Positions 62,528 to 64,000 of a stretch of DNA of 64,000 nt are shown piece by piece. This DNA comes from Octopus bimaculoides (Eukaryota): NCBI RefSeq assembly GCF_001194135.2, contig NC_068992.1:7527380-7591379 (forward strand), read 5' to 3'. The notes below the pieces were generated by a model. That model ran no database searches and had not been told where the DNA came from. It saw only the letters and a program-made list of their open reading frames with translations. The translations under genes and the position numbers were made by a program. The stretch's first letter is position 1. Every line of letters begins with the position of its first letter.

Positions 62528-63170
62528 GTTTGTTTGAATGTGTCTCTATTATGAATTATCTGTCAATCTATCACACACACACACACATATATATATACAC
62601 ATATATACACAATATATGTATATATATATATATATATAATTAAGTGTATTTCTTCTATCTTAATGAATAAAAATTCTTCTGATAGAATAAATGGGTTAAT
62701 AGAAACCAATGTAGCAAAGAACACAAAATAACTGGTTTAGTTCCTGTTACACACACACACACACACACANNNNNNNNNNNNNNNNNNNNNNNNNNNNNNN
62801 NNNNNNNNNNNNNNNNNNNNNNNNNNNNNNNNNNNNNNNNNNNNNNNNNNNNNNNNNNNNNNNNNNNNNNNNNNNNNNNNNNNNNNNNNNNNNNNNNNNN
62901 NNNNNNNNNNNNNNNNNNNNNNNNNNNNNNNNNNNNNNNNNNNNNNNNNNNNNNNNNNNNNNNNNNNNNNNNNNNNNNNNNNNNNNNNNNNNNNNNNNNN
63001 NNNNNNNNNNNNNNNNNNNNNNNNNNNNNNNNNNNNNNNNNNNNNNNNNNNNNNNNNNNNNNNNTTATATATATATATATACACACATACACAACTTTCG
63101 TGGTTTTTATTACTTGATATTATTTACCCGTTTAATATCCTCATCTTTTTGTTAGTTGGGAAGCTAGAAG

Positions 63171-63202
<32 letters not shown>

Positions 63203-63211
<9 letters not shown>

Positions 63212-63281
63212 TTAGGGGAAAGAACCAAGGTTTATGAACTCATCGATGATAAACCTTGGTTCTTTTCCCTAAAACTATATA
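63203..63281. repeat. Near-perfect inverted repeat: 32-bp arms, 1 mismatch, 15-nt loop
   Basis: Direct reading of both arms. Confidence 0.95.
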
Positions 63282-64000
63282 TTTTGTACTGTGAAACTTA
63301 ATTTAATTTCGGTTTTTAATACAATGATTTTAATTGAGTTTTTACCTGTAATTTTGGATGCTATCCCTAATATTATTTTATATATATATGTGTGTGTGTG
63401 TGTACTGCAAATATTCGAACAGAAATACAAAGAAAGAAAATAAATAATTTTAAAGCTTCCAAAACATGTCACAGTGTTACATTTACGTCAACATGACCTG
63501 GCAAAATTCATTCTAATTAATTAACTTCTAGTGAGGTAAATGAAAGCACATTTTATTACCTGTAGTCAGGGCTTCCTTGCACCACTTAATAATATCGAAA
63601 ACTTTACAACGATAAAATTTAGCTTTCAGAACTTCATTTAGATACAAAGGGTATAATCTATTCCGTTTTCCATGGCGGAATAGATTAGACGGTTTGAGTG
63701 GAACCGGTAAGTCGGAGAGCTTTACCAGGCACCAATCTGTTTATTTATACATACATAACTCGTTATATTTATAGTCGTCCAAGAAGCCATAAGTCGGCAA
63801 AAAACAGGCACTCGCATATTTGTCAAAAGAATGAGTATCCTAGTCAAAGTAAACAGTATTATAGATCCATTACAGCCAATCTGTTTCGCACTGGATATTA
63901 ACAGATATATATATATATATGTATGTATATATAGATATATATACAGATATATATGTATGTATATATAGATACAAATACATATATATGTATGTATATATAT

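Overview
AT-rich, intron-rich animal genomic DNA with seven N-gaps, dense microsatellites, SINEs, RTE/CR1 LINE remnants and Tc1/mariner- and piggyBac-type MITEs. The repeat landscape looks like a coleoid cephalopod (Octopus-like); this is inferred, not shown. Three protein-coding genes are supported by hand-spliced, phase-consistent GT-AG exon chains. (1) The 3' two-thirds of mTOR on + (39 coding exons, 629..38660, 5094 nt = 1697 aa + stop: HEAT, FAT, FRB, kinase, regulatory loop, FATC ending CPFW*). (2) A complete six-exon, 452-aa secreted protease on - (53747..47642): signal peptide, Arg/aromatic 13-mer with a furin site, CBM14 chitin-binding domain, Ser/Thr linker, and an S1A protease with intact H/D/S triad, a non-trypsin S1 pocket and a Met|IVGG activation site. 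(3) The first coding exon of the decapping enzyme DCP2 on + (62442..62527), which the ORF track misses. Best leads: the chitin-tethered, possibly self-activating protease with a possible released cationic peptide; mTOR substitutions at normally invariant kinase/FAT positions, two of which A-to-I editing could revert; frame-symmetric exons over the mTOR negative-regulatory loop; and a ~94% identical inverted repeat pair flanking an in-frame 777-nt FRB/kinase N-lobe exon block.
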